Source of the DNA: Isosphaeraceae bacterium | GTDB lineage: Bacteria; Planctomycetota; Planctomycetia; Isosphaerales; Isosphaeraceae | Direction: 5' to 3' | Length of the DNA: 64,000 nucleotides | Assembly (NCBI GenBank): GCA_965201075.1 | Contig: CBDAVP010000014.1 | Span: 248,001-312,000 of the forward strand | Part shown: piece by piece, positions 1-10,608 of the stretch | Position numbering within the stretch: the first letter of the stretch is position 1 | Layout: every line of letters starts with the position of its first letter | Program-made: the position numbers and the translations under genes | The notes under the pieces: generated by a model | Databases searched by the model: none | What the model saw: the letters and a program-made list of their open reading frames with translations, nothing else | Told to the model about the DNA's origin: nothing

Positions 1-750
1 AAGGTCGACGCCCTGCTGGTCGACGACATCCACTTCCTGGCGGCCAAACGGGCGACTCAGGACGAGTTCCTCCACACCTTCAACGCCCTGGTGGCCGCCG
101 GCGCGCCGATCGTCCTGGCCTGCGACCACCACCCCCGTCGCGTCGCCAAGCTCAGCGACGAACTCTCCACCCGGTTCCTCGGCGGGATGGTCGTCAAGGT
201 CGAGCCCCCCGACGCCGCCACCCGCAAGGCGATCCTCCTCGCCAAGGCCGAGGCCCGAGGCGTCGACATCCCTGAGGCGGTCCTGGCCTACGTCGCCGAA
301 CACCTGCGAGGCAGCGTCCGAGAACTGGAAGGGGCCCTGCACAGCCTGGTCGCCCACGCCCTGCTCGTCGGCCGTCGGCTCGACCTGGCCACCGCCAAAC
401 TCGCCCTTCGCGACACGATCCGCCACACCGCCCAGGCCGTCGGCCTGCGAGACGTCGAACACGCCGTCTGCGAAGCCTTCCATCTCGACCCCGAGGTCCT
501 CAAATCCGACGGCCGCGCCCGAGCCGTGGCCTACCCCCGTATGATGGCCATGTACCTGGCCCGCAAACACGCCGGGGCCGCCTACAGCGAGATCGGCCGC
601 TACTTTGGCGGTCGCAACCACTCCACCGTCATCGCCGCCGAGAAGAAGGTCGCCGCCTGGCTCCAGGACCAGGGGCGCAACCCCCTGCTCGCCGGATTCG
701 AGACCGCCGCCGACTGCCTCGCCGCCCTCGAATCGGCCATCGGAGCCTGA
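1..750 (+). CDS. dnaA: Chromosomal replication initiator DnaA (5'-truncated by window edge)
   Basis: Frame 1 is open from base 1. Walker B LLVDDIHFL, TQDEFLHTFN, sensor-2 SVRELEGAL, and domain IV PRMMAMYLAR...EIGRYFGGRNHSTV. Confidence 0.95.
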   Translation, partial: KVDALLVDDIHFLAAKRATQDEFLHTFNALVAAGAPIVLACDHHPRRVAKLSDELSTRFLGGMVVKVEPPDAATRKAILLAKAEARGVDIPEAVLAYVAEHLRGSVRELEGALHSLVAHALLVGRRLDLATAKLALRDTIRHTAQAVGLRDVEHAVCEAFHLDPEVLKSDGRARAVAYPRMMAMYLARKHAGAAYSEIGRYFGGRNHSTVIAAEKKVAAWLQDQGRNPLLAGFETAADCLAALESAIGA

Positions 751-788
751 CTGACACTTGTCAGACTAGGCGAGGCGGGGTTAGTCTG

Positions 789-810
789 AAAGGGGACGAT
801 CCCCCCTTTT
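789..810 (+). terminator. Possible intrinsic terminator after dnaA
   Basis: AAAGGGGA-CGA-TCCCCCC-TTTT imperfect hairpin with a short T run, about 40 bp after the dnaA stop. Confidence 0.35.
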
Positions 811-826
811 GGAGAGGCCGCCTGTC

Positions 827-1444
827 ATGCATTACCTCTCGGAAAATCCCTGGCCGCTGGCCGGATCGCTGGGGTTGCTGGCGGTGGGGTTCCTGATGAT
901 GTTGAAGGTGACGCAGCAAGGGAAGTACCTGGTCCGCGCGGGGATCGCCGGAGGATTGGCGTTGCTGGTGCTGGGGATCGAGTTCGCCTGGGTCACCGAC
1001 GCCGAGCGGATCGAACGGGTCCTCGCCGAGATCGCCGCGTCGCTGAGGGCCTCCGATGCCGAGGGGGTGGTGCGTCACCTGGCCCCCGACGTCGAGGTGG
1101 AGCAGGGGGACGAGGACCTGGGACGGCTCGACCCGGGCCTGATCCGCCAGATCCTGCCGCACATCGAGTTCCAGCATTTGTACATTGACCGATTGGATGC
1201 CCAGGCGGGTCAGTCCACCCGCCGAGGCCGAGCGACCTTCCGCGCCTCGGCGGCCGGCACCGACGCGGCGGGGTTGGCGCACCAGGGATTCGCCGGGGTC
1301 ACGGCCTGGGACCTCGGGTTTCAAGAGGTATCCCCTGGCGACTGGAAGGTCACCAGGATCACACCCACCCGGCTCGACCCCCGCGTCGCCGTCGTGCTGC
1401 GGACCGTGGTCATGGCCAGCCAGGTCATGGGGCGGGGACGATAA
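827..1444 (+). CDS. Membrane-anchored hypothetical protein with probable NTF2/SnoaL-like C-terminal domain
   Basis: ATG 827 after GGAGAGG. Two N-terminal hydrophobic helices, then TDAERIERVL...DAEGVVRHLAPD...WKVTRI. Confidence 0.7.
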   Translation: MHYLSENPWPLAGSLGLLAVGFLMMLKVTQQGKYLVRAGIAGGLALLVLGIEFAWVTDAERIERVLAEIAASLRASDAEGVVRHLAPDVEVEQGDEDLGRLDPGLIRQILPHIEFQHLYIDRLDAQAGQSTRRGRATFRASAAGTDAAGLAHQGFAGVTAWDLGFQEVSPGDWKVTRITPTRLDPRVAVVLRTVVMASQVMGRGR

Positions 1445-1462
1445 AGGCTCCCGTCTTTCGAG

Positions 1463-1577
1463 GTTGAGGCAAAAGGAGACTGGCTCTCGCGACCAACTCG
1501 ATCGGCCGAATCGCCAGCATTTCGCCGCGAGTGCCTGTCCCCCTTTTGCCGGGCTCGGCCGGGACAGGGGCCTTCCG
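1463..1577. repeat. REP/REPIN-like palindrome, family A
   Basis: GGCAAAAGGAGACTGGCTCTCGCG ... CGCGAGTGCCTGTCCCCCTTTTGCC. Same arms and flanks as the 6712-8500 array. Confidence 0.85.
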
Positions 1578-1647
1578 AGCCCGAAAACCAGCGTGTCGTC
1601 CCGCGTTCGGCGACTTTTGAAAAGCCCCGATCGAGGGCGGTAACCCC

Positions 1648-1687
1648 TTGCATCTATCGTCTACTTCGGTAAATTTACAAGAGTAAA
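1648..1687 (+). promoter_or_regulatory. Promoter with tandem BlaI/CopY-type operators
   Basis: TTGCAT (-35-like) at 1648, then TCTAC-TTCG-GTAAA (1660-1673) and palindromic TTTAC-AAGA-GTAAA (1674-1687). These resemble the TACA-N2-TGTA BlaI/MecI/CopY box. Confidence 0.7.
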
Positions 1688-1715
1688 CAACGAGCTTGTC
1701 CCGGAGGCGATAGAG

Positions 1716-2090
1716 ATGGGCGAGACGCACCTGGGGCGGATGCAGTTCCGGATCATGCAAATCCTGTGGGACCGCGGGCGGGCCAATGCTCGGGAGATCA
1801 CCGAGGCCCTCAACCAGGCCGAGCCGGTCGCCCACAGCACGGTTCAAACGCTCTTGAGGCAGCTCGAAGCCAAGGGGGCGGTGGGCCACGAGGCCGAGGA
1901 TCGCACCTTCGTGTTCGCTCCTCGGCTGAAGGAAGACGGGGTCAAGCGGACCGCCGCTCTTGAGTTGCTCGACCGCGTCTTCGGCGGCGACGTGGGCAGC
2001 CTGGTCGCCCACCTCTTGAAAAACGAGCGGATGTCCCGCGACGAGCTGGACGCCCTTCACCGGCTGATCGACCAATCCCAACAAGACTGA
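1716..2090 (+). CDS. BlaI/MecI/CopY family transcriptional repressor
   Basis: QFRIMQILWDRG...STVQTLLRQLEAKGAV...LLDRVFGG...LVAHLL. Located upstream of an M56 gene. Confidence 0.93.
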   Translation: MGETHLGRMQFRIMQILWDRGRANAREITEALNQAEPVAHSTVQTLLRQLEAKGAVGHEAEDRTFVFAPRLKEDGVKRTAALELLDRVFGGDVGSLVAHLLKNERMSRDELDALHRLIDQSQQD

Positions 2091-2099
2091 CGGAGGCGG

Positions 2100-4997
2100 G
2101 TGATGACATCGGAACTGCTCGCGGTCGGTTCGTCAGGGTGGATTGATGAAGTCTTGACCTGGCTGGTCCAGTCGACGGCGATCCTGGCCGCGGGCCTGCT
2201 GGCCGGTCGGCTCCTGGAGGGTCGAGGGCCGGCCTTCCAGTCGGCCATCCATCGCACGACTCTCATCGCCGTCCTGGCCTGCCCCCTGGCGTCACTGGCG
2301 ATCGCCGCGTCGGGATTTCCCGGCCTGGTGATCCGGGTGCCGGGCACGGCGGCTCTTGACAAGGTCGAGGTCGCCGGTCGCGGGCCGGATCGAGTGGGAA
2401 CCCTCGCCCGGCCGAGTCCTCTCGTTGAGCCGTTGTGGACCTTGAAGAATCCGCCGGGATCGGCGGTCGGCGCCTCGTCGACCGTCGAGCGTCCAAGCCC
2501 CATTGGCGCGGGAGCCAGTGCAGACCTGTCCCGGGTGAGGACCGGCCCGGCCGGGATCGCCTCGGCGGCCTCGATCCTGCTGGCGGCCTGGCTGTCGGGT
2601 ACGACGATCCTGGGCTTGCGGTTGTGGATGGGCCACCGCCGCATGGCCCTCCTGCGGGCGACGGCCCTCCCGGCCGGGCCCGAGGTCCAGGAGATGTGCC
2701 GGGAGCTCGCCGGGCGGATGTGCCTGAAGGCCCCCGGCGTCTTCCGTTCCCCCTTCGTGACAAGCCCGTGCCTGGACGGCCTGCGACGGCCGGTCATCCT
2801 ACTGCCGGAGGACGAGGACGCGGGGCGGAACCTGCGTGAGACCCTGGTCCACGAGCTGGCGCACCTGGGCCGCCGGGACGGGCTCTGGTCGCTGCTCCGG
2901 AGGCTGGCCACGGCGGCGTTCTGGGTCCAGCCGCTGCTCTGGGTGCTGTCCAGGCGGATCGAGGAGACGGCCGAGGCGGTCTGCGACGATTGCGTCGTCG
3001 CCTCCGGCGCGGACCGGGGCCGATATGCCGGCCACCTGCTCGAACTGGCCGGGCGACGGCTGCCTCCCCTGGCGCCGCTGGGGGTCGGGATGGTCTCGAT
3101 GCGTTCGCTGCTGGCGAGGCGGATCGCGCGCATCCTCGATCCCGCGCAACCGCTCTCAACCCACGCCGGGCGTTGGCCCCTGGCCGCGACCTGGCTGGCG
3201 GGCCTCGCGGGGACGCTCCTCGCAAGCCTCCTCGGCGTCGGTGGCGAGGGCCGGGACCTCCTCGCGGACGAGCCGAAGCCGCCGGCCGCCGTCGATCCCG
3301 CCCAGGGCAAGGCCCCGGCCCCCGACATACCCATCACGGGCCGGATCGTCGACCGGGAAGGCCGGCCGATCTCGGGGGTCACGGTCCGGGTCGACTCGAC
3401 TTACAAGGCCAAGGATGGGGACCTGACGCCCTGGATCGAGGCCGTTCGGCGCGGCGAGCCCTCGTGGGTGGCGTTCCAGAACCTCGACTACCACAAGGAG
3501 GAGCTTTCCCGAGAGGTGGAGACCGATCCCCAGGGCCGGTTCCGCATCGAGGGCCTGGGCGCCGAGAAGTTCGTCACGCTCGCGATCCAGGGCCCCACGA
3601 TTGTCTACGCACACGTGCACGTCGTGACGCGGCGGGTCGAGCCGTTCCCGGCCCAGGGATACCCCGATTTTTATGGCGCGGGGACCCCGACGATCCACGG
3701 GGCGGACTTCACCCTGTCGGCCGCGCCGGGCCGAACCGTCGAGGGCGTCGTCCGCGACGCGAAGGACGGGAAGCCCTTGAAGGACGTCGAGGTCCGGAGC
3801 TATGGCTTCGCCGGCTCCCACATTGAGGGGGCCATGGGCCTCAAGACCCTCACCGACGCGAAGGGCCGGTTCCGCCTGGCGGGATTCCCCAAGGGAAACG
3901 GCAACAGGCTGCTGGCCGTCCCCAATGACGATCAGCCCTACTTCATGCAGGATGTCGCCGTGCCCGACCCGCCGGGGATGGGGGCCGTCGCGGTCGAGGT
4001 CGGCCTGCACCGGGGGCTCTGGATCGAGGGCAAGCTCACCGACAAGGCGACCGGGGCGCCCGTCGTCGGGGCCTGGCTCCACTATCTCCCCTTCCGCGAC
4101 AACCCGTTCGCCCGGGCGACCCCCGAATTCCGCGGCGGCGTCAACACTCCCGGATTCGGATATCAAGATCGCTACAAGAGCAAGACAGATGGGAGTTACC
4201 GCCTGGTCGGCCTGCCGGGCCGGGCGATCGTCGGCGCCCAGGACTGGAACACGCCCTATCGCCGGGGGGCGGGCTCCGAGTCGATCAAGGGGATAGACGA
4301 GCACGGCAACTTCGCCACCGTCAGCAACCCGGTCACGGCGAATCGCCATTTCCCCGACTCGATGAAGGAGATCGACCCGGCCGAGGGCACCGAGGACGTT
4401 CACCTCGACCTCGCGCTCGACCCGGGAGCGAAGGTCCGGCTCCGCGTCGTCGACCCCAAGGGCGTGCCCGTGACCGGGGTGAAGACCGGCGGCCTCCGCA
4501 CCCGAGGCCGTTACGAACTCGATCCCGAGGACCGTGCCGAGTTTGACGTGATGGCCCTGAGCCCCGGGGAGGAGCGGAGAGTCTGGCTCGTCCACGAAGG
4601 GCGAAAACTCGGCCGGGCGATCCAGGTCAAACCCGGTGATGACCGGGACGGGCCCGTCGTCGTGACCCTCGAACCGACCGCGACGATCACCGGCCGGGTC
4701 GTCGACCCCAGCGGCCACCCGGTCTCGGGGGCGCCCATCCGCCCCAGCCTCAAGCCGGGCGGCGATTACTCCCTGATCCTCCCCTCGATCGCCTCCGGCA
4801 TCGACGGGAGGTTCACCGTCACCGACGTGCCAACGGGATGCGACTATTCGCTGGGGGCCGACAACCCGGTTTGGACCAACCAATGGCGGGCGGCCTTCAA
4901 GGAGGCCGCTGTCCGACCGGGCGAGACCACGGACCTCGGCGACATCCCACTCAGGGAATGGCCCCCGGCGGAACCTCCCAAGGAGAGCCGACCCTGA
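2100..4997 (+). CDS. BlaR1/M56 metallopeptidase sensor with carboxypeptidase-regulatory-like beta-sandwich repeats
   Basis: N-terminal TM helices, HELAH zincin motif, FWVQPLLW...EAVCDD, then repeated ITGRIVDREGRP / TDxxGRFR modules. Confidence 0.92.
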   Translation: MMTSELLAVGSSGWIDEVLTWLVQSTAILAAGLLAGRLLEGRGPAFQSAIHRTTLIAVLACPLASLAIAASGFPGLVIRVPGTAALDKVEVAGRGPDRVGTLARPSPLVEPLWTLKNPPGSAVGASSTVERPSPIGAGASADLSRVRTGPAGIASAASILLAAWLSGTTILGLRLWMGHRRMALLRATALPAGPEVQEMCRELAGRMCLKAPGVFRSPFVTSPCLDGLRRPVILLPEDEDAGRNLRETLVHELAHLGRRDGLWSLLRRLATAAFWVQPLLWVLSRRIEETAEAVCDDCVVASGADRGRYAGHLLELAGRRLPPLAPLGVGMVSMRSLLARRIARILDPAQPLSTHAGRWPLAATWLAGLAGTLLASLLGVGGEGRDLLADEPKPPAAVDPAQGKAPAPDIPITGRIVDREGRPISGVTVRVDSTYKAKDGDLTPWIEAVRRGEPSWVAFQNLDYHKEELSREVETDPQGRFRIEGLGAEKFVTLAIQGPTIVYAHVHVVTRRVEPFPAQGYPDFYGAGTPTIHGADFTLSAAPGRTVEGVVRDAKDGKPLKDVEVRSYGFAGSHIEGAMGLKTLTDAKGRFRLAGFPKGNGNRLLAVPNDDQPYFMQDVAVPDPPGMGAVAVEVGLHRGLWIEGKLTDKATGAPVVGAWLHYLPFRDNPFARATPEFRGGVNTPGFGYQDRYKSKTDGSYRLVGLPGRAIVGAQDWNTPYRRGAGSESIKGIDEHGNFATVSNPVTANRHFPDSMKEIDPAEGTEDVHLDLALDPGAKVRLRVVDPKGVPVTGVKTGGLRTRGRYELDPEDRAEFDVMALSPGEERRVWLVHEGRKLGRAIQVKPGDDRDGPVVVTLEPTATITGRVVDPSGHPVSGAPIRPSLKPGGDYSLILPSIASGIDGRFTVTDVPTGCDYSLGADNPVWTNQWRAAFKEAAVRPGETTDLGDIPLREWPPAEPPKESRP

Positions 4998-5082
4998 TGA
5001 CGGGGCTCAAGCGACGAGCGACGGGTCGTGAACGGCTTCGGCCCCGCGTCCCCGTCCCTCGCCGCGCGAATCCTGGTCGACT

Positions 5083-5162
5083 GGGTGGCTGGGGTCTGGT
5101 ACTCCAGACCCCGGGTCTTCCGCTGCCAAGCCGGGGGCCGGAGTACCGGACCCCAGCCACCC
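5083..5162. repeat. REP-like palindrome, family B
   Basis: GGGTGGCTGGGGTC ... GACCCCAGCCACCC with internal sub-hairpins. Lies between convergent genes. Confidence 0.85.
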
Positions 5163-5235
5163 GGATGGGAACTTGGCAACCTGACGGCCAATGAGGTGGG
5201 CCCGATCCCGCGGACGGCCTCCATCCCTCCGAAGT

Positions 5236-5727
5236 TCACTTCCCGTCGCGTTCCTTCTCGCGCTGGGCCTTCTTGGCGGGATACTCCAGCACGACGAGCT
5301 TGTGGTGCTTCTCGTCGTAGGCGTATTCCTGGTAATACGGCAGCATCGGCAACCAGATGTCGTTGGCCTTGATGATGTTGGTCATGAACTCATCGTAGTC
5401 CTTGGGATAGCTGCCGTTAGTGGCTTCGTAGATATCAATGGAGTGCTTGACAGTCATCTCCGAAATTTGGTCAATCGCGTAGACATACGAGTCGCTGACC
5501 ACGCCGAGATAGCCCCCCTCGCCCAGCTTCTTGTCGCCGGGGGCTTGGCCGCCCTTGGCGACCTCATCGTCGAGCTTGCGGATGTCCTGGGTCTTCTTGT
5601 TCAGGGTCTCGCGGATCTCGATCGGCGGGGGGCTGTTGGCGGCCTTCTTGGGCGTCCCCCCTCCGCAGCCGCCGGAGCAGGCCAGGGCCAGGGTCACGGT
5701 CAGCCGGAACGGGCGAGCGGCGGGCAT
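5236..5727 (-). CDS. Hypothetical lipoprotein
   Basis: Signal peptide with lipobox-like LALACSGGC and strong coding bias. Confidence 0.75.
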   Translation of the reverse strand: MPAARPFRLTVTLALACSGGCGGGTPKKAANSPPPIEIRETLNKKTQDIRKLDDEVAKGGQAPGDKKLGEGGYLGVVSDSYVYAIDQISEMTVKHSIDIYEATNGSYPKDYDEFMTNIIKANDIWLPMLPYYQEYAYDEKHHKLVVLEYPAKKAQREKERDGK

Positions 5728-5808
5728 GGATGGGGTCCTGGCTTAGGTGCGGAGACGCGGGGAAAGGATGCGGACCAAGAGTCGGTGCGGGGCAGGGCAG
5801 GGCCGCGC

Positions 5809-6591
5809 TCAGCGGCCCCAGTCCCAGGCGGCCAGTTCGTTGATGCGGTCGTGGCGGGTTAGGTCGAAGTGCAGGGGGGTCACGGTGATGTACCCCTCGC
5901 CCAGCGCCTTGATGTCGTTTTCGGGCCCTTCCAGGTGGTACGGAGGAGCATACGTCAGCCAGTAATAGGTACGCCCGCGGGGGTCCTGCCGGCGCTCGAA
6001 ACCCTCGCCATGCCGGCCAATGCCCATCGGCACCACGCGCACCCCTTTGGGCTCGCCCCTCGCATGCGCCGGCAGATTCACGTTGAACAGTGAACCCGCC
6101 GCCGGCTTGTTGGCCAGGATTCGCTCGATCACCCGAACGGCGTGCTTGGCGGCGTGGGGGTAGTCGAAGTGCTCGGCCAGCTCCAGCGACACGGCGATGC
6201 TGGTGACCTTGAAGAACGCCCCCTCGATGGCCGCGGCCACCGTGCCGGAATACAGCACATTGATGCCGGCGTTGGCCCCGGCGTTGATGCCCGAGACGAT
6301 CAGGTCGGGCGGGCCGTCCATCAGTTCGCAGATGGCCAGCTTCACGCAGTCGGCCGGGCTACCCTCCACCTGCCAGCCCAGGGTTTCCCCCTCTTCATCG
6401 TCCACCTGCTTGACGACCAAGGGGTTCAGCAAAGTGATCGCATGCCCGACGCCGCTCTGTTCCAGAGCCGGGGCGATGACGGTCACATGCCCCAGTCTCG
6501 CCAGTTCCTTGCGCAACGCCTTGAGGCCCGGCGCAAACACGCCGTCGTCATTGGTCAGCAGGATTCGCAGCACGCGGGCCCCCGGGTTCAC
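5809..6591 (-). CDS. surE: 5'/3'-nucleotidase SurE
   Basis: RILLTNDDG, EQSGVGHAIT, GSPADCV, SGINAGAN, YSGTVAAAIEG, ITVTPL. The start may instead be GTG 6573. Confidence 0.97.
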   Translation of the reverse strand: MNPGARVLRILLTNDDGVFAPGLKALRKELARLGHVTVIAPALEQSGVGHAITLLNPLVVKQVDDEEGETLGWQVEGSPADCVKLAICELMDGPPDLIVSGINAGANAGINVLYSGTVAAAIEGAFFKVTSIAVSLELAEHFDYPHAAKHAVRVIERILANKPAAGSLFNVNLPAHARGEPKGVRVVPMGIGRHGEGFERRQDPRGRTYYWLTYAPPYHLEGPENDIKALGEGYITVTPLHFDLTRHDRINELAAWDWGR

Positions 6592-6711
6592 TCGGAGAGG
6601 AAGGGAAGCGGGGCCAACACGCCTCGCCCGGACCCCGGCGATCGTAACGGCGCGGTTCCGGCCCCGTCAACCAAGCGGACGCCCCTCAGAGGGTCTTTCA
6701 ACGTTGAGGCA

Positions 6712-7170
6712 GTTGAGGCAAAAGGGGACTGGCTCCGGCGGTACTCCGTCCGGTGCCTGTCGACCTTTTGCCGGGCAGGTCCAGGCCAAGATTCTTCCGT
6801 TGAGGCAAAAGGGGACTGGCTCCGGCGGTACTCCGTCCGGTGCCTGTCCGTTGAGGCAAAAGGGGACTGGCTCCGGCGGTACTCCGTCCGGTGCCTGTCC
6901 CACTTTTGCCGGGCAGGGCCGAAGAGGGGCCTTCCGCGCCGGTGCCTGTCGACCTTTTGCCGGGCAGGTCCAGGCCAAGACTCTTCCGTTGAGGCAAAAG
7001 GGGACTGGCTCCGGCGGTACTCCGTCCGGTGCCTGTCCCACTTTTGCCGGGCAGGGCCGAAGAGGGGCCTTCCGCGCCGTGGCCTGTCGACCTTTTGCCG
7101 GGCAGGTCCAGGCCAAGACTCTTCCGTTGAGGCAAAAGGGGACTGGCTCCGGCGGTACTCCGTCCGGTGC
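6712..7170. repeat. Modular tandem array of family A palindromes (138-bp period), left part
   Basis: Unit GTTGAGGCAAAAGGGGACTGGCTCCGGCGGTACTCCGTCCGGTGCC starts at 6712, 6799, 6850, 6988 and 7126 (spacings 87, 51, 138, 138). Confidence 0.95.
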
Positions 7171-7184
7171 CTTGTATGTTTCCA

Positions 7185-8323
<1,139 letters not shown>

Positions 8324-8360
8324 ATTCCGGCGCCGACCCTTGACTCGAAACACAGTCGCT

Positions 8361-8506
8361 GTCCCACTTTTGCCGGGCAGGTCCGAAGAGGGGCCTTCCG
8401 CGCCGGTGCCTGTCGACCTTTTGCCGGGCTGGGCCGAAGAAGGGCCTTCCGCGCTGTGACCTGTCGACCTTTTGCCGGGCTGGGCCGAAGAAGGGCCTTC
8501 CGCGCC
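8361..8506. repeat. Right part of the family A tandem array, continuing after the IS110
   Basis: Three ~51-bp modules (CTGTCSMC-YTTTTGCCGGGCWGGKCCGAAGARGGGCCTTCCGCGC) matching modules to the left of the IS. Confidence 0.9.
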
Positions 8507-8542
8507 GCCCCCGGCCGCTCCGCGGCCCCTTCCGCTGAGCAA

Positions 8543-9799
8543 TCAAGGCCCCCGATGGACCACGCCCCCCTTCACCACCAGCCGAACCCTCCGCAGGTCC
8601 CCAATCGCCCGAGTCGGATCTCCCTCGACGGCCAGGAGGTCGCCAGCCAGCCCGGGACGCAACGCCCCCACCTGGCCATCCACTCCCAAAGCCCGAGCCG
8701 CCACCGACGTCGCGGCCCGCAGCGCCTCGGCGGGCGAAAGACCCGCCTCCACCAGCAATTCCAGCTCCCGGACCCCCTGACCATGAGGAAACACCCCAAG
8801 GTCGCTGCCATTGACGACCGTCACCCCCAGGGCCCGAGCCCTCACCAGCGCGGCCCTGGCCACCGGCAGGCGAGCGGGCGTCGTCGAGCCAGCGGGGCGA
8901 TACCGGTCATATGCCTCGAACGCCGCCAGGGTCGGGCAATAGGGGATGCCCCTGGCCGCCATCAACCGAAACGCCTCGTCGTCGCCGCCATCGCCATGCT
9001 CGATGGTCGAGACCCCGGCCATCGCCGCGCGAATCATCCCCGCCGAGGTCATCGTATGCACCGCCACGGGCCGCCCCGCCGACCTCGCCGTGGCCACGGC
9101 CAGCGTCAGCTCCTCGACCGAAAACGTCGCCCCCTTCGCGTTGTCGGCATAAAGCTTGACCACATCCGCCCCCCGGCCGATCTGGTCGCGAACCACCCTC
9201 TGAAGCGTCGCCCCATCCGCCTCCTCGGCCCCCTGGGGGATCGACCACTCCGGAGCGAACCCCGCCGGAGCATACGACCCGGTCGCCACAATCGCCCGGG
9301 TGGCGACAATCAGCCGAGGACCCGGAACAATCCCCTGAGCCACCGCGTCCCGCAAACCCACGTCGGCATACCCGGCCCCCTCGGTCCCCAGGTCGCGAAG
9401 GGTGGTGAACCCCGAATCCAGATCAGCCCGAAGGTGGTTCACGGCCCGACAGACCCGCAAGGCCAAGGGCTCTCGCAAAACCTGATCCTCCCAGGGGGTT
9501 TCATTATAAGGATGAAGCAGCAGATGAGTATGAGCATCAATGAGCCCCGGAAGCAGGGTCGCCCCCGGCAAGTCGACCACCCGGGCCCCCTCGGGGACCG
9601 CGACTTCCGCCAACGGCCCAACCGCGACGATGACGCCCCCGCGCACCGAGACCACCCAGCCCTCACGGACCTCGGCCGCGACTCCATCGAAGACCCGCGC
9701 CGGGCGGATTAGCAGAGGGGCCGGGTCGGCGGCCGAGACGTGGGTCGGAAACAGAGCGAGGACCACCCAAAGCCACGCCGCCCGCCGATTTCGAGGCAT
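8543..9799 (-). CDS. Metal-dependent amidohydrolase (prolidase-like subfamily), secreted
   Basis: ATG 9799 after GGAGGAG. Signal peptide, LLPGLIDAHTH, GFTTLRDLG, TIEHG, NGSDLG, GDLLAVEGDP. Confidence 0.92.
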   Translation of the reverse strand: MPRNRRAAWLWVVLALFPTHVSAADPAPLLIRPARVFDGVAAEVREGWVVSVRGGVIVAVGPLAEVAVPEGARVVDLPGATLLPGLIDAHTHLLLHPYNETPWEDQVLREPLALRVCRAVNHLRADLDSGFTTLRDLGTEGAGYADVGLRDAVAQGIVPGPRLIVATRAIVATGSYAPAGFAPEWSIPQGAEEADGATLQRVVRDQIGRGADVVKLYADNAKGATFSVEELTLAVATARSAGRPVAVHTMTSAGMIRAAMAGVSTIEHGDGGDDEAFRLMAARGIPYCPTLAAFEAYDRYRPAGSTTPARLPVARAALVRARALGVTVVNGSDLGVFPHGQGVRELELLVEAGLSPAEALRAATSVAARALGVDGQVGALRPGLAGDLLAVEGDPTRAIGDLRRVRLVVKGGVVHRGP

Positions 9800-9953
9800 G
9801 GTCGCTCCTCCGAGGCTCGTACCACCCGGGTTCCATCCGCGGTTCAGGAAGGCCAACGCGACACTCCACCAAACGACCCGTGACGACGCCATCATGACCA
9901 TCGAGTCCCTTCCCACTCGTCGCCCCGCCTCCGCAACGGCCCGTCATTTCATT

Positions 9954-10604
9954 TCACTTCGTTCGCTCGATCCACAGCAGGACGCCCTCGGTCGGCTCTG
10001 ATCCCGGGCTCATGAACTGGTTTCCCTTCACGGGCGTGTTCGTCCAGCGCCGCCGGAACAGCACGACGGGCTGGTCGGGGTCGAGTTGCGTGCTGACCGG
10101 ATACTCGCCGCCGCCCTCGGTGCAACTCGCTGTCTTCCAGGCCTTGGGTTCGGTCGTTTCCATCAGGGTGGCCCCGTCCCACGAAGCGGAGACCCGCCAG
10201 GGGTTATCCTCCGACGAGACCGCCAGTTCGACCCGATGCCGGCCCGCCGAGATCGTCGCGACCTTCACGGGCTTCGCCACACCCGCCTTTCCGATCCCAC
10301 GAGTGCCCAGGCACAGGCGATAGGCCCCGTCGGGGAGGAAAAGGTCCCAGCGGTTCTGGTCGTACCAGTCGTGTTGCAAGAGCACGACGGCGACTTTCCC
10401 CCGATCGCCGATGACCAGTTCCCTCGCGTCCTTACGCAAGGCCGAGACCCGCGGCTCAAGCCCGGCGATCTTGGCCCGCTCGACGAACAGCCCAATCCAG
10501 GCGGCCACGGCCACCGGCAGCAGACAAACGGTCCGCATGCCGACCTGCCAACGACGCCGCGTCGGTGGGGGGATGAGTCCTTGAGGAGACACCTCATCCG
10601 CCAA
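9954..10604 (-). CDS. Hypothetical membrane-anchored protein (paralog of adjacent gene)
   Basis: Probable TTG start at 10604 after GGAGG. One TM helix, and local similarity to 10609-11280. Confidence 0.65.
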   Translation of the reverse strand: MADEVSPQGLIPPPTRRRWQVGMRTVCLLPVAVAAWIGLFVERAKIAGLEPRVSALRKDARELVIGDRGKVAVVLLQHDWYDQNRWDLFLPDGAYRLCLGTRGIGKAGVAKPVKVATISAGRHRVELAVSSEDNPWRVSASWDGATLMETTEPKAWKTASCTEGGGEYPVSTQLDPDQPVVLFRRRWTNTPVKGNQFMSPGSEPTEGVLLWIERTK

Positions 10605-10608
10605 GACT

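Noticed and set aside
6712..7170. CRISPR array
   Set aside because: The intervening sequences are repeated modules rather than unique spacers, there are no cas genes, and the unit belongs to a dispersed palindrome family.
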